This document shows positions 8,826 through 18,945 of a stretch of 64,000 bases of DNA, piece after piece (the stretch's first letter is position 1; every line of letters starts with the position of its first letter). Under the pieces are notes generated by a model. The model did no database searches. It saw only the letters and a program-made list of their open reading frames with translations, and was not told where the DNA came from. The position numbers were made by a program, and so were the translations under genes. The DNA is from Candidatus Latescibacterota bacterium (GTDB lineage: Bacteria; Latescibacterota; UBA2968; UBA8231): positions 3,552,001 through 3,616,000 of the forward strand of contig OZ242005.1 of assembly GCA_965204725.1 (NCBI GenBank), given 5' to 3'.

Positions 8826-8872
8826 GGATCGAGGGCGTCCCGCCCTCGACGAGGGCAAGATGCCCTCGATCC
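8826..8872. repeat. REP-like doublet (REPIN-type)
   Basis: GGATCGAGGGC-GTCCC-GCCCTCG-AC-GAGGGC-AAGAT-GCCCTCGATCC: two hairpins inside an 11-bp outer inverted repeat. Confidence 0.7.
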
Positions 8873-8875
8873 TTA

Positions 8876-9010
8876 GAGGCTGTCTGAAAACCCACCTTGG
8901 GTCCTGTTGAACAAGCCGTAGAGACAGGATCCGTCATTCCCGCGAAAGCGGGAATCCAGCCGGTACCGTTTAGACGCAAGGGACGACTACCAGAGTTTTC
9001 AGACCGCTTC
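8876..9010. mobile_element. Non-autonomous MITE with IS5-family (IS1031-like) ends
   Basis: TIRs GAGGCTGTCTGAAAA / TTTTCAGACCGCTTC (13/15 match), flanked on both sides by TTA; internal GTCATTCCCGCGAAAGCGGGAATCC hairpin; partial second copy at 681-761. Confidence 0.7.
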
Positions 9011-9077
9011 TTAGAAAATTGGAGGCTAGTGCGTGTAGTAAGAAAGTCGGCTGTAAAAGCAGGTCCTCGTCGGCGAT

Positions 9078-10244
9078 CTATTTGATCCCCACGGCCCGGC
9101 GCAGCGGCTCGGCCTCGTCGGTCCGTTCCCAGACGAACTCGGGCTCCTCGCGGCCAAAGTGGCCGTAGTTGGTGGTCTTTCGGTAGATGGGCCGCCTCAG
9201 TTGGAGGGTCTCGATGATGCCCTTGGGAGTTAGGGCGAAAACCTTGGGCACGGCCGCGGCGATCTCCTCGTCGGGCGCGACGCCCGTGCCAAAGGTATCG
9301 ACCCGCACGGATACGGGCGCGGCCACGCCAATGGCATACGCCAGTTGCACTTGGCAGCGGGCGGCCAAGCGGGCGGCCACCACGTTCTTGGCCACACAGC
9401 GCGCCATGTAGTGGGCGCTGCGGTCCACCTTGCTGGGGTCCTTGCCGGAAAAGGCCCCGCCGCCGTGCGGACACGCGCCCCCGTACGTATCGACGATGAT
9501 CTTGCGGCCGGTCAATCCGCAGTCGCCGGTCGGCCCCCCGATGACGAAGCGACCGGTGGGATTGACGTGATACTGGGTGCCTTCGTCGAGCAGATGGGCG
9601 GGGATTACTTCTTTTATAACCTGCTCGATCATGTCTTTTGCGATCTGATCGTGCCGGGCCTCCGGGGCGTGTTGGGTCGAGAGGACTACGGCTCCTACTC
9701 GCACGGGCTGGCCGTTTTCGTACTCGACCGTGACCTGAGACTTGGCGTCCGGGCGCAGGTAGGGAATTTTCCCGCCTTGGCGCAGCCGCGTCAGGTGCTG
9801 CATAAGCCCGTGCGCGAGGGTGATGGGCAGCGGCATGAGCTGAGGGGTTTCGCGGCAGGCATAGCCAAACATCATGCCTTGGTCGCCAGCACCTTCTTCC
9901 TTGTGCAGCCCCTCGCCCGCGTTGACGCCTTGGGCTATATCGGCCGATTGCTGGCCCAAAGCCACGAGAATTTTGCACGAGCGAAAGTCAAAACCCTGCT
10001 CGGGATCGCAGTAGCCAATATCGGCGATGACCTGCCTGACGAGGGCCTCAATGTCTAGGCGAGCCTCGCTTTTAACCTCGCCGGCGACTACGACTCGGTC
10101 GGTGGTGACGAGGGTCTCGCAGGCGACCCGGGCGTTGGGGTCTTCGGCGAGCATGGCGTCAAGGACGGCGTCGGAAATCTGGTCGGCGACTTTGTCGGGG
10201 TGCCCTTCGGACACGGATTCGGAAGTAAACATGGATTTGGACAT
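9078..10244 (-). CDS. metK: S-adenosylmethionine synthetase
   Basis: [49 protein letters not shown]. Confidence 0.99.
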   Translation of the reverse strand: MSKSMFTSESVSEGHPDKVADQISDAVLDAMLAEDPNARVACETLVTTDRVVVAGEVKSEARLDIEALVRQVIADIGYCDPEQGFDFRSCKILVALGQQSADIAQGVNAGEGLHKEEGAGDQGMMFGYACRETPQLMPLPITLAHGLMQHLTRLRQGGKIPYLRPDAKSQVTVEYENGQPVRVGAVVLSTQHAPEARHDQIAKDMIEQVIKEVIPAHLLDEGTQYHVNPTGRFVIGGPTGDCGLTGRKIIVDTYGGACPHGGGAFSGKDPSKVDRSAHYMARCVAKNVVAARLAARCQVQLAYAIGVAAPVSVRVDTFGTGVAPDEEIAAAVPKVFALTPKGIIETLQLRRPIYRKTTNYGHFGREEPEFVWERTDEAEPLRRAVGIK

Positions 10245-10266
10245 GGTGTATTATCGAGCTCCTTCA

Positions 10267-12030
10267 CTAAGACTTATGATGCCAGAAGGGCATGTACTCG
10301 CCGACGGAATCCTCCAAGTGTTGGCGCACTTCGGCCCCGGTATCCATGGCCAAGCACTCGTCGGCGATCTGCCGCGCCTTGTCAGCGCGGATGGCGCGAA
10401 TGACCTCCTTGACCTCCGGGATGAGGCCGGGGCTTAGGCTCAGACAATCCAGCCCGAGGCCGAGCAAGAGCGTCGTGGCCAAGGGGTCGCCGGCCATCTC
10501 GCCGCAGATGCTCACCGGCGTGTTCGTGCGCTGGCCGCTGTCGGTGACCATCTTGATCAAGCGCAAGACCGCCGGGTGAAACGGGTCGTAGAGCCAAGCC
10601 ACTTTGCTCATGCCCCGATCGACAGCCAATGCGTATTGGGTCAGATCGTTGGTGCCGAGGCTGAAAAAATCGACTTCGCTGGCAAAGTGATCGGCCATCA
10701 AAGCCACGGACGGCACTTCGACCATGATGCCTAGCTTGCAGTGCTCGGCAAAGGGCTGCCCGGCCGCGCGCAACTCGTCTTTGGTTTCCTCCACTAGCTC
10801 CCGGATGCGCCGCAACTCGTTTAGGCTGGATAGCATCGGCAACAAGATGTGCGTCTCGCCGTGTACTCCGGTCCTGAGCAGGGCGCGCAACTGCGTCTTG
10901 AACAGGTCTGGGGTATCGAGGCAAATGCGGATGCCGCGCCACCCCAAGAAGGGGTTGGCCTCGGGCGGCACCTCCAAGACGTGGGACAGCTTGTCGCCGC
11001 CCAAGTCCATGGTGCGGATCACCACGGGATGCGGGCTGAGCGATTTGACGAGGGAGGAATAGACCTTGAACTGCTCCTCCTCGGAGGGCAAGCGGTAGTT
11101 GAGATACAGGAACTCGGTGCGGTACATGCCCACGCCGCGGGCACCGTGGTCGAGCGCCATCTGCACTTCGGTCGGCACATCGACGTTGGCCATCAACGCG
11201 ATTTCCCGCCCGTCTTGGGTAACGGCGGGCAAGCCGCGCCGTCGCTCTAGGTTGCGCTCGCGCTGGAGCTGACGCCGGCGACGCGCTCGATAATGCCGCT
11301 CGCCGCGGGCATCGGGCCGCAAGTGGACCTGGCCTTCGTTGCCATCGACAACTACTAGGTCGCCATCTGCTACGTGCCGCGAACAATCGCCGGTGCCGAC
11401 GACCGTGGGCAGTTGCAACGAGCGGGCGATGATGGCCGCGTGTGAAGCCGCGCCGCCGGCATCGAGCACCACGCCTTTGATCCGGCGGCGCTCTAGGCGC
11501 ACCATCTCCGAGGGCAGCAAGTCGTGCGCTAGGACAATCGTGTTGGCGCGGAGCGAATCGAGGGCTTTGACCTCGCCCCCGGCCAATCGCATCAACACCT
11601 GATTTTCTATATCTACAACGTCGCTTATCCGCGCCCGCAGGTATTCGTTTTCAATGTTGCCGAAGGCCTCTTTGACTCTCTCCAACTCCGCGGCGTACGC
11701 CCGCTCGGCCGAATAGTGCTTTTCGCGAATCAAGGCCTCGGTCCGCGCGGCGATGGACGGGTCCTCTATCATGGCGAGCTGGGCGTCGAACATCTGCGCC
11801 AACTCCTCGCCCTGCTCGCTGGCGACCCAGCGGCGAATGCGGCGGATTTCGTCCCCAGCTTGGTGGAGTATGTTGCGAAAGCGCTCAACCTCCTCCCCAA
11901 CCAAGTGCTGCGCCACGCGGCGGCGGGTGATGACCGGGGCCCGCTTGTGGTATGCGAAAGCTCGGCCAATGCCAATGCCGGAGGAGACGCAGATGCCATT
12001 GAAAACTTTATGTGCGCTGGTCGTGGTCAA
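10267..12030 (-). CDS. ptsI: PTS enzyme I (PEP-protein phosphotransferase)
   Basis: GGAASHAAIIARS phospho-His motif, GMYRTEFL, RTMDLGGDK, EANPFLGWRGIR, GTNDLTQY, CGEMAGDP. Confidence 0.96.
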   Translation of the reverse strand: MTTTSAHKVFNGICVSSGIGIGRAFAYHKRAPVITRRRVAQHLVGEEVERFRNILHQAGDEIRRIRRWVASEQGEELAQMFDAQLAMIEDPSIAARTEALIREKHYSAERAYAAELERVKEAFGNIENEYLRARISDVVDIENQVLMRLAGGEVKALDSLRANTIVLAHDLLPSEMVRLERRRIKGVVLDAGGAASHAAIIARSLQLPTVVGTGDCSRHVADGDLVVVDGNEGQVHLRPDARGERHYRARRRRQLQRERNLERRRGLPAVTQDGREIALMANVDVPTEVQMALDHGARGVGMYRTEFLYLNYRLPSEEEQFKVYSSLVKSLSPHPVVIRTMDLGGDKLSHVLEVPPEANPFLGWRGIRICLDTPDLFKTQLRALLRTGVHGETHILLPMLSSLNELRRIRELVEETKDELRAAGQPFAEHCKLGIMVEVPSVALMADHFASEVDFFSLGTNDLTQYALAVDRGMSKVAWLYDPFHPAVLRLIKMVTDSGQRTNTPVSICGEMAGDPLATTLLLGLGLDCLSLSPGLIPEVKEVIRAIRADKARQIADECLAMDTGAEVRQHLEDSVGEYMPFWHHKS

Positions 12031-12299
12031 GCCTGCTCCTCGAATGTGCTCTCCAGCAGGGAGACCATGGCCTCGACGGCCGCGGCCTCGTCCTCACCCT
12101 CGGCCCGCACGGCGACTTGGGCCCCTTGCTCGGCCGCCAGCATCATCACGCCCATGATGCTCTTGCCGTTGACCCCATCGACGTCGCCTTTGGACAGGTA
12201 AATCTCGGCGTTGAATTGGGCCGCCGTCTGCACCAAGAGCGCGGCCGGACGAGCGTGAATGCCTAGCGGATTGTTGATCGTGGCCGTCTTTTCAACCAT
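12027..12299 (-). CDS. ptsH: Phosphocarrier protein HPr
   Basis: GIHARPA (His15) and NGKSIMGVMML (Ser46). Confidence 0.97.
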   Translation of the reverse strand: MVEKTATINNPLGIHARPAALLVQTAAQFNAEIYLSKGDVDGVNGKSIMGVMMLAAEQGAQVAVRAEGEDEAAAVEAMVSLLESTFEEQA

Positions 12300-12314
12300 G
12301 GCCTATTGCTACTC

Positions 12315-13064
12315 CTATCGTTCTTGCGCGTGTACTGCTCGGCTTAGGGCGTACAGGCGCTGCTGATCGTCTTCGACGACGCTGCCCGTGACGACGAAAT
12401 CTGCGCCGGCCTCCACCTTGGCCCGCGCCACCTTGGGGTCGCGAATGCCGCCGCCGACGACGACCGGCACTGAGACGCAATCGGCGACCGCGCTCACCAT
12501 TTCGTCGGGCACCGGAGCACACGCGCCGCTGCCGGTCTCTAGGTAAATGAGCCGCATGCCCAAGTACTCGGCGGCCAAAGCGTGGGCCATGGCAATATCG
12601 GTCTTGTCGCGCGGAATGGGCCGGGTATCGCTCATAAATTCCACGGAGGTCAGGGTCCCAGACTCGACCAGCATATATCCGGTGGGGATGGTCTCAATGC
12701 CGTACTCGCGGATTAAGGGGGCGGCCTTGACGTGCTCGCCGATCAAGAACTCGGGGTTGCGCCCGCTAACCAGCGACAGAAAGAGGATGGCATCGGCCGT
12801 AGGGACCATTTGGCCCGCGCTGCCGGGAAAGCTGATCACCGGCACATCGACTTGGGTGCGGACGCGCTCGAAACAGACCGCATTGCGCGACGAGAACATC
12901 AGGCTCGTGCCGATGAGAATGGCATCGGCCCCGGCCGCAACGCAGAGCTGGGCGCGCGCCTCCAATTCGTCGGGCTCCAAGCGATCGGGGTCCAGCAGGG
13001 GCAGGTAGCCAGCACCGCGACGCTGGCGGATGTCCAGTAGGTGTTGCAGTACACTGCTAGTCAC
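12315..13064 (-). CDS. Geranylgeranylglyceryl/heptaprenylglyceryl phosphate synthase (group II-like)
   Basis: LLDPD, FLSLVSGRNPEFLIG, GYMLVESG, IYLETGSGA, VGGGIR, GAD..VTGS. Confidence 0.92.
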   Translation of the reverse strand: MTSSVLQHLLDIRQRRGAGYLPLLDPDRLEPDELEARAQLCVAAGADAILIGTSLMFSSRNAVCFERVRTQVDVPVISFPGSAGQMVPTADAILFLSLVSGRNPEFLIGEHVKAAPLIREYGIETIPTGYMLVESGTLTSVEFMSDTRPIPRDKTDIAMAHALAAEYLGMRLIYLETGSGACAPVPDEMVSAVADCVSVPVVVGGGIRDPKVARAKVEAGADFVVTGSVVEDDQQRLYALSRAVHAQER

Positions 13065-13076
13065 AAATTAGCTCGT

Positions 13077-15686
13077 CTATTTTAGCTGCTGCTCGACGAT
13101 GCGCGCCACTTGTTCTAGGGCTGAGTCGAGTTTGTCTGGGTCGCGCCCGCCGGCTTGGGCCAAGTGCGCCTTGCCGCCGCCCGAGCCGCCGGCTAGCTGC
13201 GCCACGCCGCGCACAATGTCGCCGGCCTTCAGCCCGCGGTCCTTAATCACATCGTCGGTGACAACGGCGATGAAGGAAACCTTGCCGCCGATATCCGCCC
13301 CCAAGACGCCGACCCCCGACCCCAAGCTCTCGCGCAGTCCGTCGGCCATGGTTCGCAGGCTGGGGACGTCCTCTGCTTGGGTGCGCCGCGCCACAACCGC
13401 GACCCCTTGCACTTGCTGCGCTCCACTCGACAGATCGCTCGTCTCTAGCGCGGCAACCCGCCGCCGCAATTCGTCGAGGGTGCGCTCCAACTGGCGATTG
13501 CGCCCCAAGAGCGTCTCGATTTTGTCGGCGAGTGCTTCGGGCGCGGCGTTGAGCCGGGCACCCAAGTCGGCCAATATCTGCCGCCGCTGGTGCGCGACGC
13601 GCTCGGCACCTGCGCCGGTCAACGCCTCGCTGCGCCGGACGCCCGCGGCAATGCCGCTTTCGGCGACCAAATCGAACGCGCCGATTTCGCCGGTCGAGCG
13701 CACGTGGGTGCCGCCGCATAGCTCTAGGCTAAAGTCACCGATCTGCACTACGCGAACTTGGTCCTCGTATTTTTCCCCGAAGAGCGCCTGCGCCCCCATG
13801 GCCTTGGCTTTTTCCAACTCTTCGCGGAAGGTGCTCACAGCTAGATCGGCGCGAATCTGCTCGTTGACTCGCTCTTCGATTTCGCGCAACTGCTCCGGCG
13901 TCACCGCGGCGAAATGCGAAAAGTCAAAGCGCAAGCGGTCCGGCGCGACCAGCGAACCCATCTGCCCTACGTGCTCGCCGAGCGTCCGCCGCAACGACTC
14001 GTGCAACAAATGGGTGGCCGTGTGGTTGCGCTCGGCGTCTATGCGGGCTTGGCGATCTACGCGGGCATCAACGGCCCCGGTCAACGCATCGGCTTCGCCT
14101 GCTACTAGACGCCCTTTGTGGACGATGCGGTCGTGCGCTTTCTGGACGTCTTCCACTTCGACGATAAAGTTTTCGCCCTCAATGCGCCCTTGGTCGCCGA
14201 CTTGGCCCCCGGCCTCGGCGTAGAAAGGGGTGCGGTCTAACACGAGCCACACCCGGCCATCCGCGCCTCCTTCGGCCTGCACCACCTGAGCTTCTACTTC
14301 CAACTCGTCGTAGCCGACGAAGAGCGAATGCGCTGCCGCCAAGGTATGGCCGACGCCTTCGGTCGCACTAAACTGGGTACGGGTGGCTTGGCGCGACCGC
14401 TGCCGTTGGGCCGCGAGTGCGCGGTCGAATTCCTCCCGCTCGACCAGTGGGATCCCCTGTTCGCGGGCCATTAGCTCCGTCAGGTCCAGCGGGAAACCGT
14501 AGGTGTCGTAGAGCTGGAAGGCATCGCCGCCGGTGATCTGACCCCGGGCGGCAAACTGCGCGAAGATGTCCAAGCCGCGGTCGAGCGTCTTGCCAAAACC
14601 TTCCTCCTCAGCGTGGATGACGCCGGCGATGTGGTCCTTCCGCGCCGCGATCTCCGGGAAGACATGGCCCATCGTTTCGCTCAACGGGCTGACTAGCTGA
14701 TGAATAAAGGGGCCATGCTGGTCGAGCTGGCGGGCGTAGCGGGCGGCGCGGCGCAAGATGCGGCGCAGGACGTACCCTCGGCCCTCGTTGGCGGGCATCG
14801 CGCCATCGGCCATGGCGAAGCTGAGTGCGCGTACGTGGTCGGCGACGACCTGCATGGGGATGCGGTGCTCGCCGCGGTACTCTTTGCCCGCCAGTTCCCC
14901 GATGCGGCCGATGAGCGGCTGAAAGACGTCGGTCTCGTAGTTGCTCTCGGCGCCCTGCAAGAGGCTGCACATTCGCTCAAAACCCATGCCGGTATCCACG
15001 TGCTTTTCCGGCAGGGGGTGCAGTGCCCCCGTCTCGTCGCGGTTGTACTGGATGAAGACCAAGTTCCAGATCTCGACCAAATCGCCCGTGTCGTCGAGAA
15101 TCATGCGGCGATCCTGCGCGGCTAGATCGTCTCCTAGGTAGTAATGAATCTCGGAGCAGGGGCCGCAGGGGCCGGTCGCGCCCATTTCCCAGAAGTTTTC
15201 CTTGGCTGGTAGGCGAACTACGCGGCCCGGCAGCAAGTCGGTGCATTCATACCAGAGGGCCTCGGCGTCGGCGTCGGCTGCTACCGCGTCGTCGCCGACA
15301 AAGACGGTGGCCCACAGCCGCTCCTTTTCCAAGCCAAAGTGCTCGGTAATTAACTCCCAGCCCCACTCAATGGCCTCTTTTTTGAAGTAGTCGCCAAAGG
15401 ACCAGTTGCCCAGCATCTCAAAGAAGGTGTGGTGCCAAGGGCTGTAGCCGACTTCGTCGAGGTCGTTGTGCTTGCCCGAGACCCGCACGACCTTCTGCGT
15501 GTCAACCGCTCGGGTGTAGTCGCGCCGGCCCAAGCCCAAGAATACATCCTTGAACTGGTTCATGCCGGCGTTGGTGAAATAGAGCGTGGGGTCGTCTTGG
15601 GGCACGACCGGGGCACTCGGTACGCGCACGTGACCCTTACCCTCAAAAAACCGGAGGAACGCCTCTCTAATCTCCCGCGACTTCAC
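13077..15686 (-). CDS. alaS: Alanine-tRNA ligase
   Basis: FTNAGMNQFK, HHTFFEMLGNWSFGDYFK, DTGMGFER, NHTATHLL, ELCGGTHV, GGSGGGK. Confidence 0.99.
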   Translation of the reverse strand: MKSREIREAFLRFFEGKGHVRVPSAPVVPQDDPTLYFTNAGMNQFKDVFLGLGRRDYTRAVDTQKVVRVSGKHNDLDEVGYSPWHHTFFEMLGNWSFGDYFKKEAIEWGWELITEHFGLEKERLWATVFVGDDAVAADADAEALWYECTDLLPGRVVRLPAKENFWEMGATGPCGPCSEIHYYLGDDLAAQDRRMILDDTGDLVEIWNLVFIQYNRDETGALHPLPEKHVDTGMGFERMCSLLQGAESNYETDVFQPLIGRIGELAGKEYRGEHRIPMQVVADHVRALSFAMADGAMPANEGRGYVLRRILRRAARYARQLDQHGPFIHQLVSPLSETMGHVFPEIAARKDHIAGVIHAEEEGFGKTLDRGLDIFAQFAARGQITGGDAFQLYDTYGFPLDLTELMAREQGIPLVEREEFDRALAAQRQRSRQATRTQFSATEGVGHTLAAAHSLFVGYDELEVEAQVVQAEGGADGRVWLVLDRTPFYAEAGGQVGDQGRIEGENFIVEVEDVQKAHDRIVHKGRLVAGEADALTGAVDARVDRQARIDAERNHTATHLLHESLRRTLGEHVGQMGSLVAPDRLRFDFSHFAAVTPEQLREIEERVNEQIRADLAVSTFREELEKAKAMGAQALFGEKYEDQVRVVQIGDFSLELCGGTHVRSTGEIGAFDLVAESGIAAGVRRSEALTGAGAERVAHQRRQILADLGARLNAAPEALADKIETLLGRNRQLERTLDELRRRVAALETSDLSSGAQQVQGVAVVARRTQAEDVPSLRTMADGLRESLGSGVGVLGADIGGKVSFIAVVTDDVIKDRGLKAGDIVRGVAQLAGGSGGGKAHLAQAGGRDPDKLDSALEQVARIVEQQLK

Positions 15687-16155
15687 TGTCTAGCTCCTTC
15701 CAAACCTGTTCGACCGCTGCCCTAGCCATTTGCTCATCGCAACCGCGCCGGGCCAAAAAGCCCAGCATCCGCCGCTTGGCTTTGGTGGGCGTCAAGCCCC
15801 GGTAGCGCCAAGCCTGCTTGTTTAGCAGCTCGACCGCCTGTTCGCCCGAAGCGAGCACCGGGGCGAACTCGGCGAGGACCTCGTCAACGACGCTGGCGGG
15901 CACGCCTTTGTGCCGGAGGTCTTGGGCTAGTTTGCGCGCACCATTGGCCCGCTGCAACCGCGCCTCAACCCAGCGCCGGGCAAACTCGCGGTCGTCGAGG
16001 AGCTTCTGACGCTGTAAGTCGGCAATAACCTCGGCAACCACCTCGGCGGCAAAGCCCTTCTCCCCTAGCTTGTCGCGCACTTCGGCTACGGACCGCGCTC
16101 TATAGCTGAGGTAGCGATAGGCCGCGTCCTTGGCCTTTTGCCGTTGGTCGTCCAC
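15667..16155 (-). CDS. recX: Regulatory protein RecX
   Basis: YLSYRARS..EVRDKL, LLDDREFA, LRHKGV, FLARRG; directly after recA. Confidence 0.93.
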   Translation of the reverse strand: MDDQRQKAKDAAYRYLSYRARSVAEVRDKLGEKGFAAEVVAEVIADLQRQKLLDDREFARRWVEARLQRANGARKLAQDLRHKGVPASVVDEVLAEFAPVLASGEQAVELLNKQAWRYRGLTPTKAKRRMLGFLARRGCDEQMARAAVEQVWKELDSEVAGD

Positions 16156-17220
16156 TTATTCATCCGCCTTGCTGGCCTCGTCTCGTTCCACCGCCGCCTC
16201 AAGCCCCAACTCAACTCGCAGCTTGTGCTCTATCTCCGTGGCCACGGTTGCGTTTTCGCGCAGAAAGGTCCGGGCGTTGTCGCGGCCCTGCCCCAAGCGC
16301 TCGCCATTGTAGGAGAACCACGCCCCACTCTTGGCAATCAGCCCCTTGTCAACGCCGATGTCGATCAAATCGCCCTCCCAAGAGATGCCAATTTGGTCGC
16401 CGTGGAAAATCAGGTCGAACTCGGCTTCGCGAAAAGGGGGGGCCACTTTGTTTTTGGCGATCTTGACCCGAGTGCGATTGCCTATATCGAGGTCGCCGTT
16501 TTTGACGCGGGCAATGCGGCGGATGTCGATGCGCACCGAGGAGTAGAAAGGCAGGGCGCGCCCGCCGGTGGTGGTCTCCGGGTTGCCGAACATCACGCCG
16601 ATCTTCATGCGCAACTGGTTGAGGAAAATCAGACAGGTGTGCGAGCGGTTGATCGAGCCAGCCAGCTTGCGCAGGGCCTGAGACATCAGCCGCGCGTGTA
16701 AGCCCACGTGCGAATCGCCCATGTCGCCCTCCAACTCGGCTTGGGGAACCAGCGCGGCCACCGAATCGACCACGATGATATCAAAGGCACCGCTGCGGAC
16801 CAAGGTATCGACGATTTCGAGGGCCTGCTCGCCCGAATCCGGCTGCGATATGATCAAATTTTCCACATCGACGCCAATGCGCCGAGCGAAGCTGACATCT
16901 AGGGCGTGTTCGGCGTCGATAAAGGCCGCCGTGCCGTTCTGCTTTTGCGACTCGCGGATGGCGTGGAGCGAGAGCATGGTCTTGCCCGCTCCTTCTGGAC
17001 CGGATATTTCGACGATCCGCCCCTTGGGCAAGCCACCGATGCCCAAGGCTGCATCAACCGCCAGCGATCCGGTAGAGATCGCCTCTACCTCTTGCACCCC
17101 CCCCTCGTCGCCGAGGCGCATAATCGACCCCTTGCCGTACTGCTTTTCAATCTGCGACATCGCCAGTTCGAGTGCTCTGGCCTTGTTGCGGTCTGCGCGG
17201 TGTCCGTTCTCTTTCGCCAT
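16156..17220 (-). CDS. recA: Recombinase A (with divergent motifs)
   Basis: [62 protein letters not shown]; start ATG 17220 after SD GAGGGG. Confidence 0.98.
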   Translation of the reverse strand: MAKENGHRADRNKARALELAMSQIEKQYGKGSIMRLGDEGGVQEVEAISTGSLAVDAALGIGGLPKGRIVEISGPEGAGKTMLSLHAIRESQKQNGTAAFIDAEHALDVSFARRIGVDVENLIISQPDSGEQALEIVDTLVRSGAFDIIVVDSVAALVPQAELEGDMGDSHVGLHARLMSQALRKLAGSINRSHTCLIFLNQLRMKIGVMFGNPETTTGGRALPFYSSVRIDIRRIARVKNGDLDIGNRTRVKIAKNKVAPPFREAEFDLIFHGDQIGISWEGDLIDIGVDKGLIAKSGAWFSYNGERLGQGRDNARTFLRENATVATEIEHKLRVELGLEAAVERDEASKADE

Positions 17221-17255
17221 GGAAATCCCCTCAGTTGAGTTGAAGTGGTATCGGC

Positions 17256-17705
17256 CTAGCCCGCCCACTCGACCAAATAGGACGACGAGCGAATGACCGC
17301 GTTGCTGTACAGGCCGGCGATCACGTCGTCGGCCACAATGCCCCACCCTCCGGGCAGGGCTTCTAGCTGTCGCGCCGGGGGCGGCTTGACCACATCGAAG
17401 GCGCGGAAGACGAAGAAACCCGCGATAACCGTCCCAACGTCCGGGGGCAAAAACGCCACTGCAAAGAGAAAGCCCACCCCCTCGTCAACGACGACCTGCC
17501 CGGGGTCCTTGCCCCATTCCGGGGCCGCCCGGCCCGCGCTGTACACGCCAAGGGCCGAGGCGGCCAAAAGCACCCCGAGCCACTGCAGCATTCCCAAAGG
17601 CGGGAAAAACAACCCGTACAACACAGCGACGAGCGCGGTGCCAGCCGTACCGGGGGCCCATGGGGCATAGCCGACAAAAAAAAGCGTGGCGATCAGTCGG
17701 TTCAG
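17256..17705 (-). CDS. pgpA: Phosphatidylglycerophosphatase A (start uncertain)
   Basis: [44 protein letters not shown]; the long N-terminal extension in the ORF track overlaps pgsA. Confidence 0.93.
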   Translation of the reverse strand: MNRLIATLFFVGYAPWAPGTAGTALVAVLYGLFFPPLGMLQWLGVLLAASALGVYSAGRAAPEWGKDPGQVVVDEGVGFLFAVAFLPPDVGTVIAGFFVFRAFDVVKPPPARQLEALPGGWGIVADDVIAGLYSNAVIRSSSYLVEWAG

Positions 17706-17731
17706 AACAAACGCGTTCCTCTGCGCCGCGC

Positions 17732-18334
17732 TTAGGGTTCCTTGTAGGAAGAGGTCGCGCGGAACAGGTAGTGAAAACCCGATAGCAGCGTCAGCAGCAG
17801 CACCCCCGCCAACAAGGCATTGGCCAAAAGTTGGATTAGCTGGTCGTCGAGAAAGAAGAGATGACCTGCGGCAAAACGCCCCATAGCCTCCTCGAGGCCA
17901 ATGACAAAGAGTATGAAAATTACCGTGAAAAGCTGGACCGCGGTCTTCCACTTGGCCAAGCGCGAAGTGACCATCGGGCGGCCCCGGTACAGCCCGTAGA
18001 GGCGCATGCCCGTAATTAGGATGTCGCGCCCGACGATGGGCAAGACCAGCCAAAAATTGACCATTTTATCCAACGCGAGCGCAACGAGCGCCGACGTTAC
18101 CAAGATCTTGTCGGCCAATGGATCCAAGAAGCGCCCCAGCGGCGTCACTTGGTTGCCGGCACGCGCTAGTTTGCCGTCGTAGAAGTCGGTTAGCGAAGCC
18201 GCGCTGAAGACGACGAAGGCGAGACTTTTCAAATACCAAGTATCGGTGAGGAGCAACAGCAAAAACAGCGGCGTCAAACCGATCCTGAGCGCGGTCAGTC
18301 CGTTGGGCAAGTTAAAAATATCGCGCCGGTTCAT
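17732..18334 (-). CDS. pgsA: CDP-diacylglycerol--glycerol-3-phosphate 3-phosphatidyltransferase
   Basis: NLPNGLTALRI, TDFYDGKLAR, GRFLDPLADK, AKWKTAVQ. Confidence 0.95.
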   Translation of the reverse strand: MNRRDIFNLPNGLTALRIGLTPLFLLLLLTDTWYLKSLAFVVFSAASLTDFYDGKLARAGNQVTPLGRFLDPLADKILVTSALVALALDKMVNFWLVLPIVGRDILITGMRLYGLYRGRPMVTSRLAKWKTAVQLFTVIFILFVIGLEEAMGRFAAGHLFFLDDQLIQLLANALLAGVLLLTLLSGFHYLFRATSSYKEP

Positions 18335-18341
18335 GACAACC

Positions 18342-18938
18342 TTACAGCGAAGACCGGCCGGCAAAGGCGAGGGAGAGGGTGACGCTGTCGGCCAAGTCCA
18401 AATCCGCGCCCACCGGCAAGCCGCGTGCCAGCCGCGACACCTTAGTCAGCGGCATGAGCTGCTGCGCGATGAAGTGAGCGGTGGCATCGCCCTCGGCGTT
18501 GGCGTTGAGCGCGAGCATGACTTCCTGTACGCCCTGCTGCCGCACGCGCTCGACCAAGGAGTCGATGTGCAAATCCTCGGGCAGCACGCCGTCTTGGGGG
18601 GAGAGCACCCCACCGATCACGTGATACGCTCCAGAGTAGAACTGACTCATCTCAAAGGCCAGCACGTCGCTGGCTTCGGCCACCACGCAGAGGAACTGCT
18701 GGTCGCGCCGGGTGTCGCGACAGACTTCGCATAGCGGCTCGTCCTTTTGGGTGAAATTATAGCAGGTTGTGCAGTGGTCGATTTGGTCTTTGGCGGCAAC
18801 GAGTGCCTCGGCGAGCAGCTCGGCATCCTCGCGCGGCCTCTTGACCACATAGAGCGCCAAGCGCTGGGCTGTCTTGCGACCAATACCGGGCAGCTTGGCA
18901 AATGCGACGATCAAGTCTTCAAGGGCCAGAGGTTCCAT
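18342..18938 (-). CDS. recR: Recombination mediator RecR
   Basis: LPGIGRKTAQRLA, C4 zinc finger, YHVIGGVLSP, EGDATA, RLARGLPVG. Confidence 0.97.
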   Translation of the reverse strand: MEPLALEDLIVAFAKLPGIGRKTAQRLALYVVKRPREDAELLAEALVAAKDQIDHCTTCYNFTQKDEPLCEVCRDTRRDQQFLCVVAEASDVLAFEMSQFYSGAYHVIGGVLSPQDGVLPEDLHIDSLVERVRQQGVQEVMLALNANAEGDATAHFIAQQLMPLTKVSRLARGLPVGADLDLADSVTLSLAFAGRSSL

Positions 18939-18945
18939 AGGTCTC

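Noticed and set aside
8826-9013. CRISPR array or intact IS
   Set aside because: No regularly spaced repeats with unique spacers, and no cas or transposase ORF.
7576-14223. Long alternative-frame or antisense ORFs (7576-8787, 8740-9978, 10382-11386, 13099-14223)
   Set aside because: They shadow degP, metK, ptsI and alaS, have Arg/Ser/Pro-biased composition typical of high-GC off-frames, and show no motifs.
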